In this document: piece after piece, positions 15,947 to 26,900 of the stretch
Layout: each line of letters begins with the position of its first letter
Position numbering within the stretch: the first letter of the stretch is position 1
DNA from: a virus
Direction: 5' to 3' (one strand)
IMG/VR virus record: IMGVR_UViG_3300030110_003594
Coordinates: 1-64,000 of that record
Length of the DNA stretch: 64,000 bases
Position numbers and translations under genes: made by a program
Notes under the pieces: model-generated
Databases searched by the model: none
What the model was told of the DNA's origin: nothing
Seen by the model: only the letters and a program-made list of their open reading frames with translations

Positions 15947-17806
15947 ATGAATTTGAACAACAAAATTCTAAGTGACATCACTGTCCATATGAAATACGCA
16001 AAATATATTCCTGAATTAAAAAGAAGAGAGACTTGGGATGAGTTAGTAACTAGAAATAAAGCAATGCATTTAAAGCATTATCCTAAACTAAAAGAAGATA
16101 TAGAGAATGCTTACAAATTTGTATATGATAAGAAAGTACTACCTTCAATGAGATCTATGCAATTTGGTGGAAAACCAATTGAAATTTCTCCTAATAGAAT
16201 ATATAATTGTGCGTATATGCCTATAGATCATGTTGATTCATTTAGTGAGTGTATGTTCTTATTATTAGGTGGAACAGGTGTTGGATATTCAGTTCAAAAA
16301 CATCATGTAGAAAAATTACCTCCTATAAATAAACCTTATGTAAAAAGAACTAAAAGATATTTAATTGGTGATAGTATTGAAGGTTGGGCTGACTCAGTAA
16401 AAGTATTAATGAAATCTTACCTTAATGGTAGATCTTCTAGAATAATATTTGACTTTTCAGATATTAGACCTAAAGGTGCTAGACTTGTAACATCAGGTGG
16501 TAAAGCTCCTGGTCCTCAACCACTTAAGGAGTGTTTATTAAAAATAGAAGGATTATTAAGCTCTAAAGAAGATGGTGATAATCTTACTACATTAGAAGTT
16601 CATGATATAATATGCTACATAGCTGATGCTGTATTGGCTGGTGGTATTAGAAGAGCAGCTTTAATAAGTTTATTTTCAGCTGCTGATGATCATATGATTG
16701 GTGCTAAATCAGGACAATGGTGGGAAACAAACCCACAACGTGGTAGAGCTAATAACTCAGCTGTATTAATGAGACATAAAATAACAAAAGGTTTCTTTAT
16801 GGATTTATGGGAACGTGTTAAAGCATCTGGTGCAGGTGAGCCGGGTATATACTTTAATAATGATAAAGACTGGGGAACTAATCCATGTTGTGAAATTGCT
16901 TTAAGACCTTATCAGTTTTGTAACTTGTGTGAAGTAAATGTTTCTAATATTGAATCACAAGAAGATTTTGAAAATAGAGTTAAAGCTGCAGCTCTTATTG
17001 GTACACTTCAAGCAGGATATACTAACTTTCATTACTTAAGAGAAATATGGAAAGAAACAACAGAAAAAGACGCTCTTATAGGTGTGTCAATGACAGGAAT
17101 AGGGAGTGCCGCTGTGCTCCAAATGGATATGAAGGAAGCTGCAAATATAGTAAAGAAAGAAAACGCAAGAATAGCAAAATTAATAGGGATAAAAAAAGCA
17201 GCTAGATGTACTACAGTTAAACCTGCTGGTACAACATCATTAACGTTAGGAACAAGCTCTGGTATTCATGCTTGGCATAATGATTATTATATCAGAAGAT
17301 TACGTGTAGGCAAGAATGAATCAATATATAATTATCTTATTGACAATCATCCTCAATTAATAGAAGATGATTATTTTAGACCTCATGATACTGCTGTTAT
17401 AAGTATACCTCAACAAGCACCTGAAGGATCTATTTTAAGAACTGAATCACCTTTTCAATTATTAGAAAGAGTTAAGAAAGTTGCTACTGAGTGGGTTAAA
17501 GAAGGACATAGAACTGGATCTAATACTCATAATGTTTCAGCTACAATTAGTTTAAAAGATGATGAATGGGAATTAGCAGGTGAGTGGATGTGGAAGAATA
17601 AAGAATTTTATAATGGTTTATCTGTTTTACCTTATGATGGAGGAAGTTACACACAAGCACCGTTTGAAGATATAACAAAAAAGAAATATAAAGAGTTAGA
17701 AAAATCTTTAATGAATATTGATCTATTTAACGTTGTAGAATTAGATGACAACACTGATCTTAAAGGTGAGTTAGCTTGTGCAGGTGGTGCGTGTGAAATT
17801 ACATAA
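15947..17806 (+). CDS. nrdJ: class II (adenosylcobalamin-dependent) ribonucleotide reductase
   Basis: LPSMR, YNCA, GTGVG, GGIRRAA, RANNS, TNPCCEI, FCNL, TVKPAGTTS, C-terminal ACAGGACEI; no beta subunit gene nearby. Confidence 0.93.
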   Translation: MNLNNKILSDITVHMKYAKYIPELKRRETWDELVTRNKAMHLKHYPKLKEDIENAYKFVYDKKVLPSMRSMQFGGKPIEISPNRIYNCAYMPIDHVDSFSECMFLLLGGTGVGYSVQKHHVEKLPPINKPYVKRTKRYLIGDSIEGWADSVKVLMKSYLNGRSSRIIFDFSDIRPKGARLVTSGGKAPGPQPLKECLLKIEGLLSSKEDGDNLTTLEVHDIICYIADAVLAGGIRRAALISLFSAADDHMIGAKSGQWWETNPQRGRANNSAVLMRHKITKGFFMDLWERVKASGAGEPGIYFNNDKDWGTNPCCEIALRPYQFCNLCEVNVSNIESQEDFENRVKAAALIGTLQAGYTNFHYLREIWKETTEKDALIGVSMTGIGSAAVLQMDMKEAANIVKKENARIAKLIGIKKAARCTTVKPAGTTSLTLGTSSGIHAWHNDYYIRRLRVGKNESIYNYLIDNHPQLIEDDYFRPHDTAVISIPQQAPEGSILRTESPFQLLERVKKVATEWVKEGHRTGSNTHNVSATISLKDDEWELAGEWMWKNKEFYNGLSVLPYDGGSYTQAPFEDITKKKYKELEKSLMNIDLFNVVELDDNTDLKGELACAGGACEIT

Positions 17807-17873
17807 TACCTAAAGCAAAAACAACTGCCATTATTATAATATATATTACTGGGGTTATATCTATACGTTTCAT
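17799..17873 (-). CDS. possible 24-aa hydrophobic micro-protein
   Basis: MKRIDITPVIYIIIMAVVFALGIM*. Single TM; overlaps the nrdJ stop by 8 nt. Confidence 0.4.
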   Translation of the reverse strand: MKRIDITPVIYIIIMAVVFALGIM

Positions 17874-17918
17874 ATAAATAAGATATATAATATAATCCCA
17901 GTTTATATTAAGGAAATG

Positions 17919-18248
17919 TTAATTTTCTGTAAATTCTGCGTTATATAATGTATACTCTACAGTTAACTCTTCTCCTGCTTCTATCTTTCTTTTAGTAAAA
18001 AGTATTCTGTGCTCTTTACTTTCATTCTCTTCTATTATACAGTTTGGATTTTTTGAATGATTTATAAAACCTCCTAATGGTGTTCTTATAAAATCATCTT
18101 GAAAGTCTGGATCATATACATGTGTTATTCCTATTTCTATTTCACCTGGTATATCTTCTTTAGCTAATATGCCAGCACCATGTATATCTGAAGGTCCTAT
18201 TGCTAAATATTCTGGTAAAGGTTTATAGGGTTTTTTTTCTGTTTCCAT
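17919..18248 (-). CDS. minimal SET-domain methyltransferase
   Basis: SDIHGAGILAKEDI, GGFINHSKNPN, KIEAGEELTVEY. Confidence 0.9.
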   Translation of the reverse strand: METEKKPYKPLPEYLAIGPSDIHGAGILAKEDIPGEIEIGITHVYDPDFQDDFIRTPLGGFINHSKNPNCIIEENESKEHRILFTKRKIEAGEELTVEYTLYNAEFTEN

Positions 18249-18375
18249 CTAACTTTTCTTCTTTGGTTAATACTTCAGTTAGTTTTGTTTTTAACTCTTT
18301 ATAATCTTTCACCTGATCTTTATAATCTCTATTTCTATTGTACTGATCAACGTACCATTGATTATTCTTTTCCAT
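18223..18375 (-). CDS. 50-aa hypothetical protein (not in ORF track)
   Basis: MEKNNQWYVDQYNRNRDYKDQVKDYKELKTKLTEVLTKEEKLDGNRKKTL*. Starts 1 nt after the upstream stop. Confidence 0.6.
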   Translation of the reverse strand: MEKNNQWYVDQYNRNRDYKDQVKDYKELKTKLTEVLTKEEKLDGNRKKTL

Positions 18376-18376
18376 C

Positions 18377-21300
18377 TTATTTTACATAAAAATCTTTCAT
18401 AGTATCATAAGCCTTAAATCTATTAATTGCATACCATAATGGGATAATGTCTCCCCATTCTTTAGCTAATTTAAGTTGTCCTTTTCTATTCCCTCTTTGA
18501 TAATATACATCTTTATCTTTTAACATATCATAATCATCATTAAACATTTTATAAGTAAATGCAGCTCCGGTACCAAAAGTTTTATACATAACATCTGACA
18601 TTTCACCCATTAATCTTGTAACAGCAATAGGTGATTTCATTAAATAGAATTGTTCTCTAAATCCAAGAGCAGGCCAGAAGAATAATAATTCTCTACCTTG
18701 TCTATTCATTTGATATACTAAAGCATTTTCAAATCTTTTTCTTGTTATTGATTTATCATCATCTTCATCATCAAATAAAGAATCTAATATCATAGCCGTT
18801 GCAAATGAAGATAACATTAATGCAATTTCTGCAGCAGTTCTTTTTGCTCCTGTTATTTTAGTTAAAGCTCTTTCATCTCCATATTCATGCTTTAATCTTT
18901 TAACAGTTTTGTTTATATTACCCATTTCTTTAAAGAAAAAAGCCATAAAGCTCCAAGCACTTTTCCATCTACCTTCTACCCATCCTAAATTTTCATCATA
19001 ATATTCTTTTCTATATCTAGCTTTAATAGCTGGAGCAACCCATTTATGAAACTGCATAGCTAAATTTCCTAACCAATGTTCTTGAATAACTGTTCTATCA
19101 ACATGAGCATAGTTACCATGTACTTGTTTATTTACTTCACGTATATTATTTCTAATATCATATCTTTGAGTATCATCATATTTAACCTTAGTGCCGTTTC
19201 TTTTTACTAAAGTATTATACCCTTCTTTAATAGTTACTTCACCTGTCTTGTTATTAAATTGATATGCATCAAATAAAGACATCTCATCTAATACATTTCC
19301 TGCATCATCAAGTTTTTGAACTTGAGTTGACATTAATATTGCAATACCAATTTTAGTTTGTACATTATATTCAGCACCATCCTGAAGTAAATAAGCCCAT
19401 GACATAGCATCCCTAAGTCCTCCTTTTCCTTTTGTTCTTCCACTCTCACGTATATCAGCTTTATCATCCATCATTCTAAAAAGTCCAACTAAAGCTTCAT
19501 ATTTACTTCCAGGAATATATTTTTTATATTTTCCTTTTCCTCCAATTATTCCTGCCCATGTAGAATTATCACCCATCTTTTTCATTAGATCTGGTAAAGC
19601 TCTCGTATTAAATAATTTAGTAGCTCTTACCATTGCTTCAGGTTCAAAGTATCTACCTCCTATTGTCTCAATAGCGTTGTTAATTCTACCAACCATATAG
19701 TTATTAAAGTTACCCCATGGGTTAAGACCTACATATGTTAAAGATGATAATTGAATTAATCCTTTTGAAACTTTATCCATAAATCCTTCTGATTTCTTTT
19801 CATTATCATAGTATACCATGTGCATCCACTTTCTTGCTCTTTTAGCAATTTTGGATTCAGTAGACATTCCAACTGTTTTTTCTTTTCCTTTAAATCTTGT
19901 ATATAATCTATCTATTCCAGCTGGAGAATAGTTTCTATTATCTATAACTTTCATAATAGCTGAAAGAGTATTTTTGATCTCACTCATTACTTCATAATTT
20001 TCAGCCATTGAAGAAAATCTTAAAAGATTGTCTCCCATATCTAAACTCATTTCACTTAACGTTGGTTTAGATTGTATAGCTCGTCTTCTTCCTACTAATT
20101 CAGCTTTCTTTTTATCATATTGATCTTTTTTAATTTTCTGTTTACTCCAACTATCATTTAATAACTGAATTTCTTCTTCTATTTTTTTAAGTTGTTTTTC
20201 ATTTTGAGGAGTACCAACATAAAATATAGGTAATGTATCTAAGAAATATCCATGTTCATCAACCATTACTTTTTCTTGTCTTGATGTTGTTGTAAATAGA
20301 TCTTTCATTCCTCTTGTGGTTTTACCCCATAAACCTGTTATAAGATTACCTTCTCTTTTAACTGCATTTAAAGTATTATCTCTTACAAGAGGAATATTTC
20401 CAACCATTTGATTTTGAACAGATGTTGGTAATTTTTGTAAAAGATCATCTTCAAAGAATTTTTTATACATTAAATAAAATTCTTTTTGTGCCTGTTCCAA
20501 AGAATTTGTAGGAGAAGGATTCATTAATTTTACATACTTAGGATCTCTCATATCTACTCCTGATCTACTAATACTTCTTTTTTCTACATATTGTCTTTTA
20601 ACAAAATCTCTATTAGTTGGTTGAGATACTGTTCCATCTAATTCATCATTAACCTGATTAGCATATGTTACTGCTTTACTTTCATAATATTTTGATTTAA
20701 ACTCATTATATGCTTTTCTACTAACACTTGGTTTTCTTTTCCAATATCCACGCTTACCTTGTGATACCCATATAGCAACTTTATTACGGGCATCTTTAAA
20801 TTCTTGTGTATATCTATGAAAATCTCCATCAACTAATTGACCATTAACTTTATCTTCTGCAGCCATAAAAGCTCCATATTCTCTTCTAGCTAAAGCTAAT
20901 TCTTTATTATATTTAAGTTCTTCTGTTGTATAATCTTCTTTATTATCTTTATATATGTATTCTTTCCAATTACCTTGTTCATCAAATAATTTATCTCTAA
21001 TCTCCATCCACCTTCTATCATACTCCCATCCAATTTCTCTTACGTATTTACCAGTAAAATTATTATCCTTATCAAAAACTAACATGAATGAATAATCAAC
21101 TTTACCTCCTGGAGATAATGCTTCTAATTTACTTGTCACTCTTCTTATTTGATCATTTCTTAACTCAATAAAATCTAATGCTTTTTGCACTTGTCTTTTA
21201 TAAAGTTTATCTATCAGTTGAGATAATGGGTCCTTACTGGTAGCAAGATCTCCTGTACCATACTCTACAGTACTAATATCTTGCATCTCAGTCATTATCT

Positions 21301-23956
21301 TATCAATCTCAGCATCAGTAAGATCTGTTCTATTTGTATTTTCTGTATATATTCTTCTTACATAATTATAAATACTTTCATCAATAATACCGTCCTTATC
21401 CATAGACTCTTCACCATTGATCTCTCTTATTTTATTTTTTAATTCATTTCTTAATGATTCTTTTTTATGTCCTAAAGAAACACCATCTGGAAGAGGAACT
21501 ATGTCTAAACCTGAATATGTTTTAACAATAGTTTCCATATTCATAATCCTATCAATATATTCAGGAGTATTCATATTAGCAGGATCTTTTGCATACTTTA
21601 TGAAGTCATCCATTTCTTCAATAGACTGAGTTAATAATTCTTCATATACTACATCAACTACGCCATCTAATATAGCAGCGTTTATATCACTAATAGATCT
21701 ATCAATTTCAACTAATAACCTTTCTGTATTAAAAGATTGTTTTTCTCTATCTTGTAATTGTTGTAAGGCATCTCTTCTGGTAATTAATTTTTCTTTATAT
21801 AGTTTTACATTTTCAACTAAACCTTGATAAATTATATCATCAACTACATCATCTTGTGGTAATGCATCTTTTCCTTCTACATAAGGTTCTTCTTTCATAC
21901 TTTCCTTATGTTGCATATCTACATTTAAAGGAACAACTTGATCTATAAAAGAAGCATTTTGTGATGAAGGATGATTAATTTCTCCATCTAATCTAAACGT
22001 ACCTTCAAATTTTTGATTTTTTCCTTTACCTGTTACATCAACATGGAAATGAATAGTCTTACTCATAGAAGAAACTGTATAACCCATGTTAACTAACATA
22101 CGTCTATAAGTATTAACTTGCATGCTTTGTTGCATACGTGTAGACATTTTAAATTGTTCTTTCTCACTTAGATTAGAATCATAAAAATTACTTCCTTCAT
22201 TAACAGGCCATGCTTTATCATACATGTCTTCTTTAATAGAGTTTTTACTAACTTTTAAATCAATAATTTCTAATGATCCATCTTCATGTACAGCTAATAA
22301 ATCTATTGTTCCTGCAGTTTCTGATCTTGCATCAGCTACAACTACTTGTGGTATTATAACAGCTCCACCATTTCTATACATGTTTAATATAGTTTGTATC
22401 TGATCAACAGCTCTTTGAACTTGTTCTTTATTAAGAACTGTCATTTGTGGTAATAATTCTTGTGCAATTACATTATCACCAGGTTTAAGCATAGTAATAT
22501 GCTCCATAATAGCATCAAAGTCATTACCTATATCTCTATTAAGTTTATATAGACCCTCATCATCTTTTAGTTGACCTTTGATTTTAGTAGTAACAGATCC
22601 ATATTGTTCACCTGTTTCTATATTATAGTACTCATGCTTATCTTTGTCTAATACAACTAGTGGTGTATCAGTACCTGTAAGTTTACTACCTACAGTAAAA
22701 TCTTCAAATTCTTGTTTTTTATTCTCTGCTGCAGTATGAAATAATTGATCTATAATTTGTTCTTGAATTCCTGTAGTAGTTTGTGATTTTAAATTTTTAA
22801 CTGCAGCTTTTAATTTAGGAGTTAAAGAATATTTAACTTTTCTATCTAATACGGATTCTGTTGTAAATTTAAATTGTAAGTCCCCGGTATTCAATAACTT
22901 AGCTATACTTGTAAGATTGTTTCTTGAATTTAAATCCTTTGCTTGTATTGTTAATCTACCACCAGTTATGAAAGCACTTAAATCTTGAATGATGTCTAAT
23001 AAAAATTTTAATAGTTGACTTATTTTACTTCTCCAATTCTGAGTTGGTTCATTTTCATATTCTTTTTTAAAGTGTCTAGATAATGCTTGTGTTACTAATT
23101 CAAGATCTCTATCACGTTGATTAAAACCTCTTCTGTCAGTGTATTCTGCATTAATCATTGCTGTTAATTCAGGAAACATTGATCTTGCTTCCTTTAATAA
23201 TCCATTAAATAAATCTTTCTTTTCTAGATATACAGCATCAACAAAGGGATGTAATATTTCTTCTATAGCAGTCTCTGGTGTCACACGTCCTTTAATTATC
23301 ATTACATTACCTCTTACATAATAACTATTAACTTGACTAAAATCTTTTATACCTCTTTTTTGTTGTGGGCTTAAACTATCCCAATATTCTTTTGCTTCTT
23401 TTACACTTACAACTTGAACATTTAGTTGAGGAAACATTGAGTTCATATGTTGTATAATATCTAGCACATGTGTATGATCTTTATTATTATCTTGTGCTAT
23501 AATATCTCTTGGAGTAAACATGTTTTCATTTATGCTTATCTTATATGTATTTTCTGTTCTTTCAATAGATACCATACTAGAAGGTATATTCCAAAATTGT
23601 AAAGTTCTTTCAACTTTTGTTCTATTTAAATTTGCAATCCTTCTATTAGATTCTGGTTTTCCATATTGTTTGTTAGTTGTATCTGTTGTATTAATATACC
23701 ATTCACCATTATATTTACTTACAAAACCTTTTTCATATAAGTTTTTAAGAATTGCTTCAGAATATTCTCTCTTCTTTAGAGATAACATTGTTTTTCTTTG
23801 ATCCATAAAAACATCTATCTGAGAAATTGTAGGTATTAATTCAGATCTATTACTTTTTTGCCATTTGTTGATTATACTATCAACAATAATAGGACTAGTA
23901 AATTTATCCTGTAATGCTTTATATTCTGCTGTATTTCTATTATAACAAACTGCCAT
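18377..23956 (-). CDS. large virion cargo/ejection protein with degenerate zincin and PD-(D/E)xK nuclease-like domains
   Basis: TAIEEILHPFV; AGTIDLLAVHEDGSLEIIDLK followed by QVNTYRRML; helical C-terminal region with VHGNY...MQFHKW. Directly downstream of the RNAP gene. Confidence 0.7.
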   Translation of the reverse strand: MAVCYNRNTAEYKALQDKFTSPIIVDSIINKWQKSNRSELIPTISQIDVFMDQRKTMLSLKKREYSEAILKNLYEKGFVSKYNGEWYINTTDTTNKQYGKPESNRRIANLNRTKVERTLQFWNIPSSMVSIERTENTYKISINENMFTPRDIIAQDNNKDHTHVLDIIQHMNSMFPQLNVQVVSVKEAKEYWDSLSPQQKRGIKDFSQVNSYYVRGNVMIIKGRVTPETAIEEILHPFVDAVYLEKKDLFNGLLKEARSMFPELTAMINAEYTDRRGFNQRDRDLELVTQALSRHFKKEYENEPTQNWRSKISQLLKFLLDIIQDLSAFITGGRLTIQAKDLNSRNNLTSIAKLLNTGDLQFKFTTESVLDRKVKYSLTPKLKAAVKNLKSQTTTGIQEQIIDQLFHTAAENKKQEFEDFTVGSKLTGTDTPLVVLDKDKHEYYNIETGEQYGSVTTKIKGQLKDDEGLYKLNRDIGNDFDAIMEHITMLKPGDNVIAQELLPQMTVLNKEQVQRAVDQIQTILNMYRNGGAVIIPQVVVADARSETAGTIDLLAVHEDGSLEIIDLKVSKNSIKEDMYDKAWPVNEGSNFYDSNLSEKEQFKMSTRMQQSMQVNTYRRMLVNMGYTVSSMSKTIHFHVDVTGKGKNQKFEGTFRLDGEINHPSSQNASFIDQVVPLNVDMQHKESMKEEPYVEGKDALPQDDVVDDIIYQGLVENVKLYKEKLITRRDALQQLQDREKQSFNTERLLVEIDRSISDINAAILDGVVDVVYEELLTQSIEEMDDFIKYAKDPANMNTPEYIDRIMNMETIVKTYSGLDIVPLPDGVSLGHKKESLRNELKNKIREINGEESMDKDGIIDESIYNYVRRIYTENTNRTDLTDAEIDKIMTEMQDISTVEYGTGDLATSKDPLSQLIDKLYKRQVQKALDFIELRNDQIRRVTSKLEALSPGGKVDYSFMLVFDKDNNFTGKYVREIGWEYDRRWMEIRDKLFDEQGNWKEYIYKDNKEDYTTEELKYNKELALARREYGAFMAAEDKVNGQLVDGDFHRYTQEFKDARNKVAIWVSQGKRGYWKRKPSVSRKAYNEFKSKYYESKAVTYANQVNDELDGTVSQPTNRDFVKRQYVEKRSISRSGVDMRDPKYVKLMNPSPTNSLEQAQKEFYLMYKKFFEDDLLQKLPTSVQNQMVGNIPLVRDNTLNAVKREGNLITGLWGKTTRGMKDLFTTTSRQEKVMVDEHGYFLDTLPIFYVGTPQNEKQLKKIEEEIQLLNDSWSKQKIKKDQYDKKKAELVGRRRAIQSKPTLSEMSLDMGDNLLRFSSMAENYEVMSEIKNTLSAIMKVIDNRNYSPAGIDRLYTRFKGKEKTVGMSTESKIAKRARKWMHMVYYDNEKKSEGFMDKVSKGLIQLSSLTYVGLNPWGNFNNYMVGRINNAIETIGGRYFEPEAMVRATKLFNTRALPDLMKKMGDNSTWAGIIGGKGKYKKYIPGSKYEALVGLFRMMDDKADIRESGRTKGKGGLRDAMSWAYLLQDGAEYNVQTKIGIAILMSTQVQKLDDAGNVLDEMSLFDAYQFNNKTGEVTIKEGYNTLVKRNGTKVKYDDTQRYDIRNNIREVNKQVHGNYAHVDRTVIQEHWLGNLAMQFHKWVAPAIKARYRKEYYDENLGWVEGRWKSAWSFMAFFFKEMGNINKTVKRLKHEYGDERALTKITGAKRTAAEIALMLSSFATAMILDSLFDDEDDDKSITRKRFENALVYQMNRQGRELLFFWPALGFREQFYLMKSPIAVTRLMGEMSDVMYKTFGTGAAFTYKMFNDDYDMLKDKDVYYQRGNRKGQLKLAKEWGDIIPLWYAINRFKAYDTMKDFYVK

Positions 23957-23962
23957 ATCTAA

Positions 23963-26900
23963 TTAATTAGTGTAACATTTCTTTAACCGTTCTTTCATTT
24001 CTTCTACTGAGTCCATATTATTAGGGTGATTAAATTCTTCTATTAATTCTTCAGGTGTAGAAATATCTAACCCTCCTTCTTTAATTGTTCTAGCTATCAT
24101 TGCTTTTTGAACTTTTGATAAATTTTCATAAAATTCTGTTAGCTCTTTGTTTTCAGTTGGTGTTTTTGTATTCTCATCCATTGCCATATTTTTCTTAAAG
24201 GTATTTATATCAACACCTTTACCAGTGAAAACAGTTCCTTCTTTACTCATTTTCTCAAGCTTTGACAAATATACAGGTTTTGTTTCAGTATCTGTAGTAG
24301 TTTCTGTAAATTTCACAGAATCATTTGTTGCTTCAACAGATGTATTAGTTCCTGGACCAACTTTCTTTGGAGGTTTTTGATCTTGTCCTGCTATCTTATC
24401 AATAATAGATGCTTCTTTTCCATCATTAACTGCAGCATCTTTTTTCTCTAGTTGTTCTTGAAGATATTCATATGTAGATCTATCACCCCACATGAATCCC
24501 ATACCATTTTGTTGCATAGATCCAAATGGTTTAAATTCCCTATACACTACCCTATGCCCTGTTACAAGTCCAAACTCTTGATCAAAGTTTATCATTTGAG
24601 GTGTATAGTTTGGATCTGATATATCTGTTTTTTCAATTTTCTTTGATGAATAAACTTCTTCTAACATAAACATTCTATAGTCTGGCTTTTTTCTAGTACC
24701 TATATTCATTTTTACTACTACAGGTGTTACCATTACTTTAACTGTTTTATCATTAATCTTTTCATCTATTAACTCAATACCTGTTGTTTGTAATGTTTTT
24801 TCAAAAGTAGATCCTTTTGGAATTTCTCTATGTTTACCTTTTTTAGTTTTCTTCTTTCTACCACGTTGTTTAAATAATCTAATTTCTAGAGTTCCAGAAT
24901 CTTGATCATAAATAATAGGTTTGTTTGCTGTTTTCTTTCTTCCTAATACTTCTTCTTCTGTTTCTGTTATTTCTTCTGTTTCTTCTTGTACATCATCCAT
25001 ATCTTTTTTCTTACTAAGATATTTTTGAACACCAAATTTTGTAACTTTTATTTCTTTAGCAAAGTATACATTATTTCTACTTTGCATATAACCTTCTGTA
25101 ATTTCATTAACCATTTCGTTAAAGTCTATACCAAATAGATTTTTATATTGTTGTTTTGATATAGATTCACTGTTAAATAAATCATTAACTCCTTTTGTTA
25201 CCATTAGTATTTCATCTAATAATGGGGCAGGAATTATACTTAAGAAAGATCCTTGACTGTATTGTAATCCATCTTTCACTAGTAAATAATGAATTAAATG
25301 AACAACATCTTTTCTTATAGTTGGAATTGCATATAAGTCTCTTAAACTATTTTGTAAATTTGTTACTTGTGTTGGAGATAACTTACTCCAAGTATTCATA
25401 ACAGCTTGATTTATACCAGATTTATTATTAGGATTTTTTGTATCTTTTTTAAATATGAAATTATCTATAAAGTAATTTGATTGTTTTTCTCCTCTTAGAT
25501 AATCTTGTATATTTCCAATTACTTTATTAATAGTTAATCCTTCACCAGCAAATTCATCATATATCATTCCATTTTGTAATGACTCTATTAGCTGTGCTCT
25601 TCCTGTTTCTTCTAAATATTTTGTATAAGCCTTTCCAATAATATAACTTAAAATATCTTTTTTAACTTTTTCAATTCTTTCAGGAGTTCTTGCACTTGAA
25701 TCCATATTAGAAACTATACTCATTTGAAGTTTTCTAAATTCGTTTGTTTCAGTAATAAATATTGAAGGAGTTAATTGTTGAATATTTTTAAATATCTTAT
25801 AGTAAGTTGATTGAAAATTATTTCCTTTAAATAATATTCTTGCGTCAAAAGGTATCTTAAAATCTTTTGAAAATTGAGCTTGATTTAATTCAATTCCTAA
25901 TTTATCAAAGCTTTCAAATGAATCATACATTTCTTTCATACCCCTATCTAAACCAGCAACTTTAGTAGCTAAAGCTTGAATATGTCCTGTATAAGTTTTT
26001 AATTCTCTTGCTTGTTGAAATTGTTTTAAAATAGCATATCGTTCATGTGTTTTTAATTCTTCCCCTCTAATGTGTTTCATTAATAAATCTGTTGTGACAT
26101 TTATCTTTTTTGCATTAGCTGCAGCAAGACTATCTGTTTCTTCTATAGCTACAAGTTCTGATTTAAGTAATCCATTTATACCAGGATCAGTAGGTTTATC
26201 TTTATTAGCTGCTAAAGAATACATAAATTTAATATCCGGTTGATTAACAAGTAATATTGATGTTTGAATATCAACACCAATAGATACTAAATTACCAACA
26301 ACAGCTAAAGCATCTTTATTTAAGCCAAGTTTTGCTAATAATCTTTCTTTAGCATTATCTGTAGCAGCTGTAACTAAAGCAGATATAATATTTTGTTTTC
26401 TAGTATAAGGATTAGTTTTATCTGGTTTACCTGTATTTGGATCTATAGTATAATCTCCTTTAAAGCTTTTATATTTAACACCATTAAGTTCAATATTACC
26501 ACCAAGAATTGGAAATCCTTTGTTATTAGTTTGTCTTAAATTAATTTTATTTTCTTTAAGCATATTAAATATAATATTAGGCAATACAATAGCTCCAATA
26601 GATCTTGCTCCTTCTTTATTATTTTTCCAAGCTCTATACATTCCTACCATATTATCTACCATCACACCTTCTTCTTTAACTTGTTCAGCTAATTCTGGAA
26701 GTGCTGCTTCTATTATTACATTTCCATCTTCATCTTTTAAACCAGCAATAAAATTCCAAACTTCTTCTAAAGGATCTAAATTAGCTGGTTCATAAGCAAG
26801 TCCAACTTTTCTACCATTTCTTCCTTTTGTCATTCCTTCATTACCTTGTAAAGCATATTTAGCATCTAATGCTATATTACTTTGTGCTGCTGTATATGGT

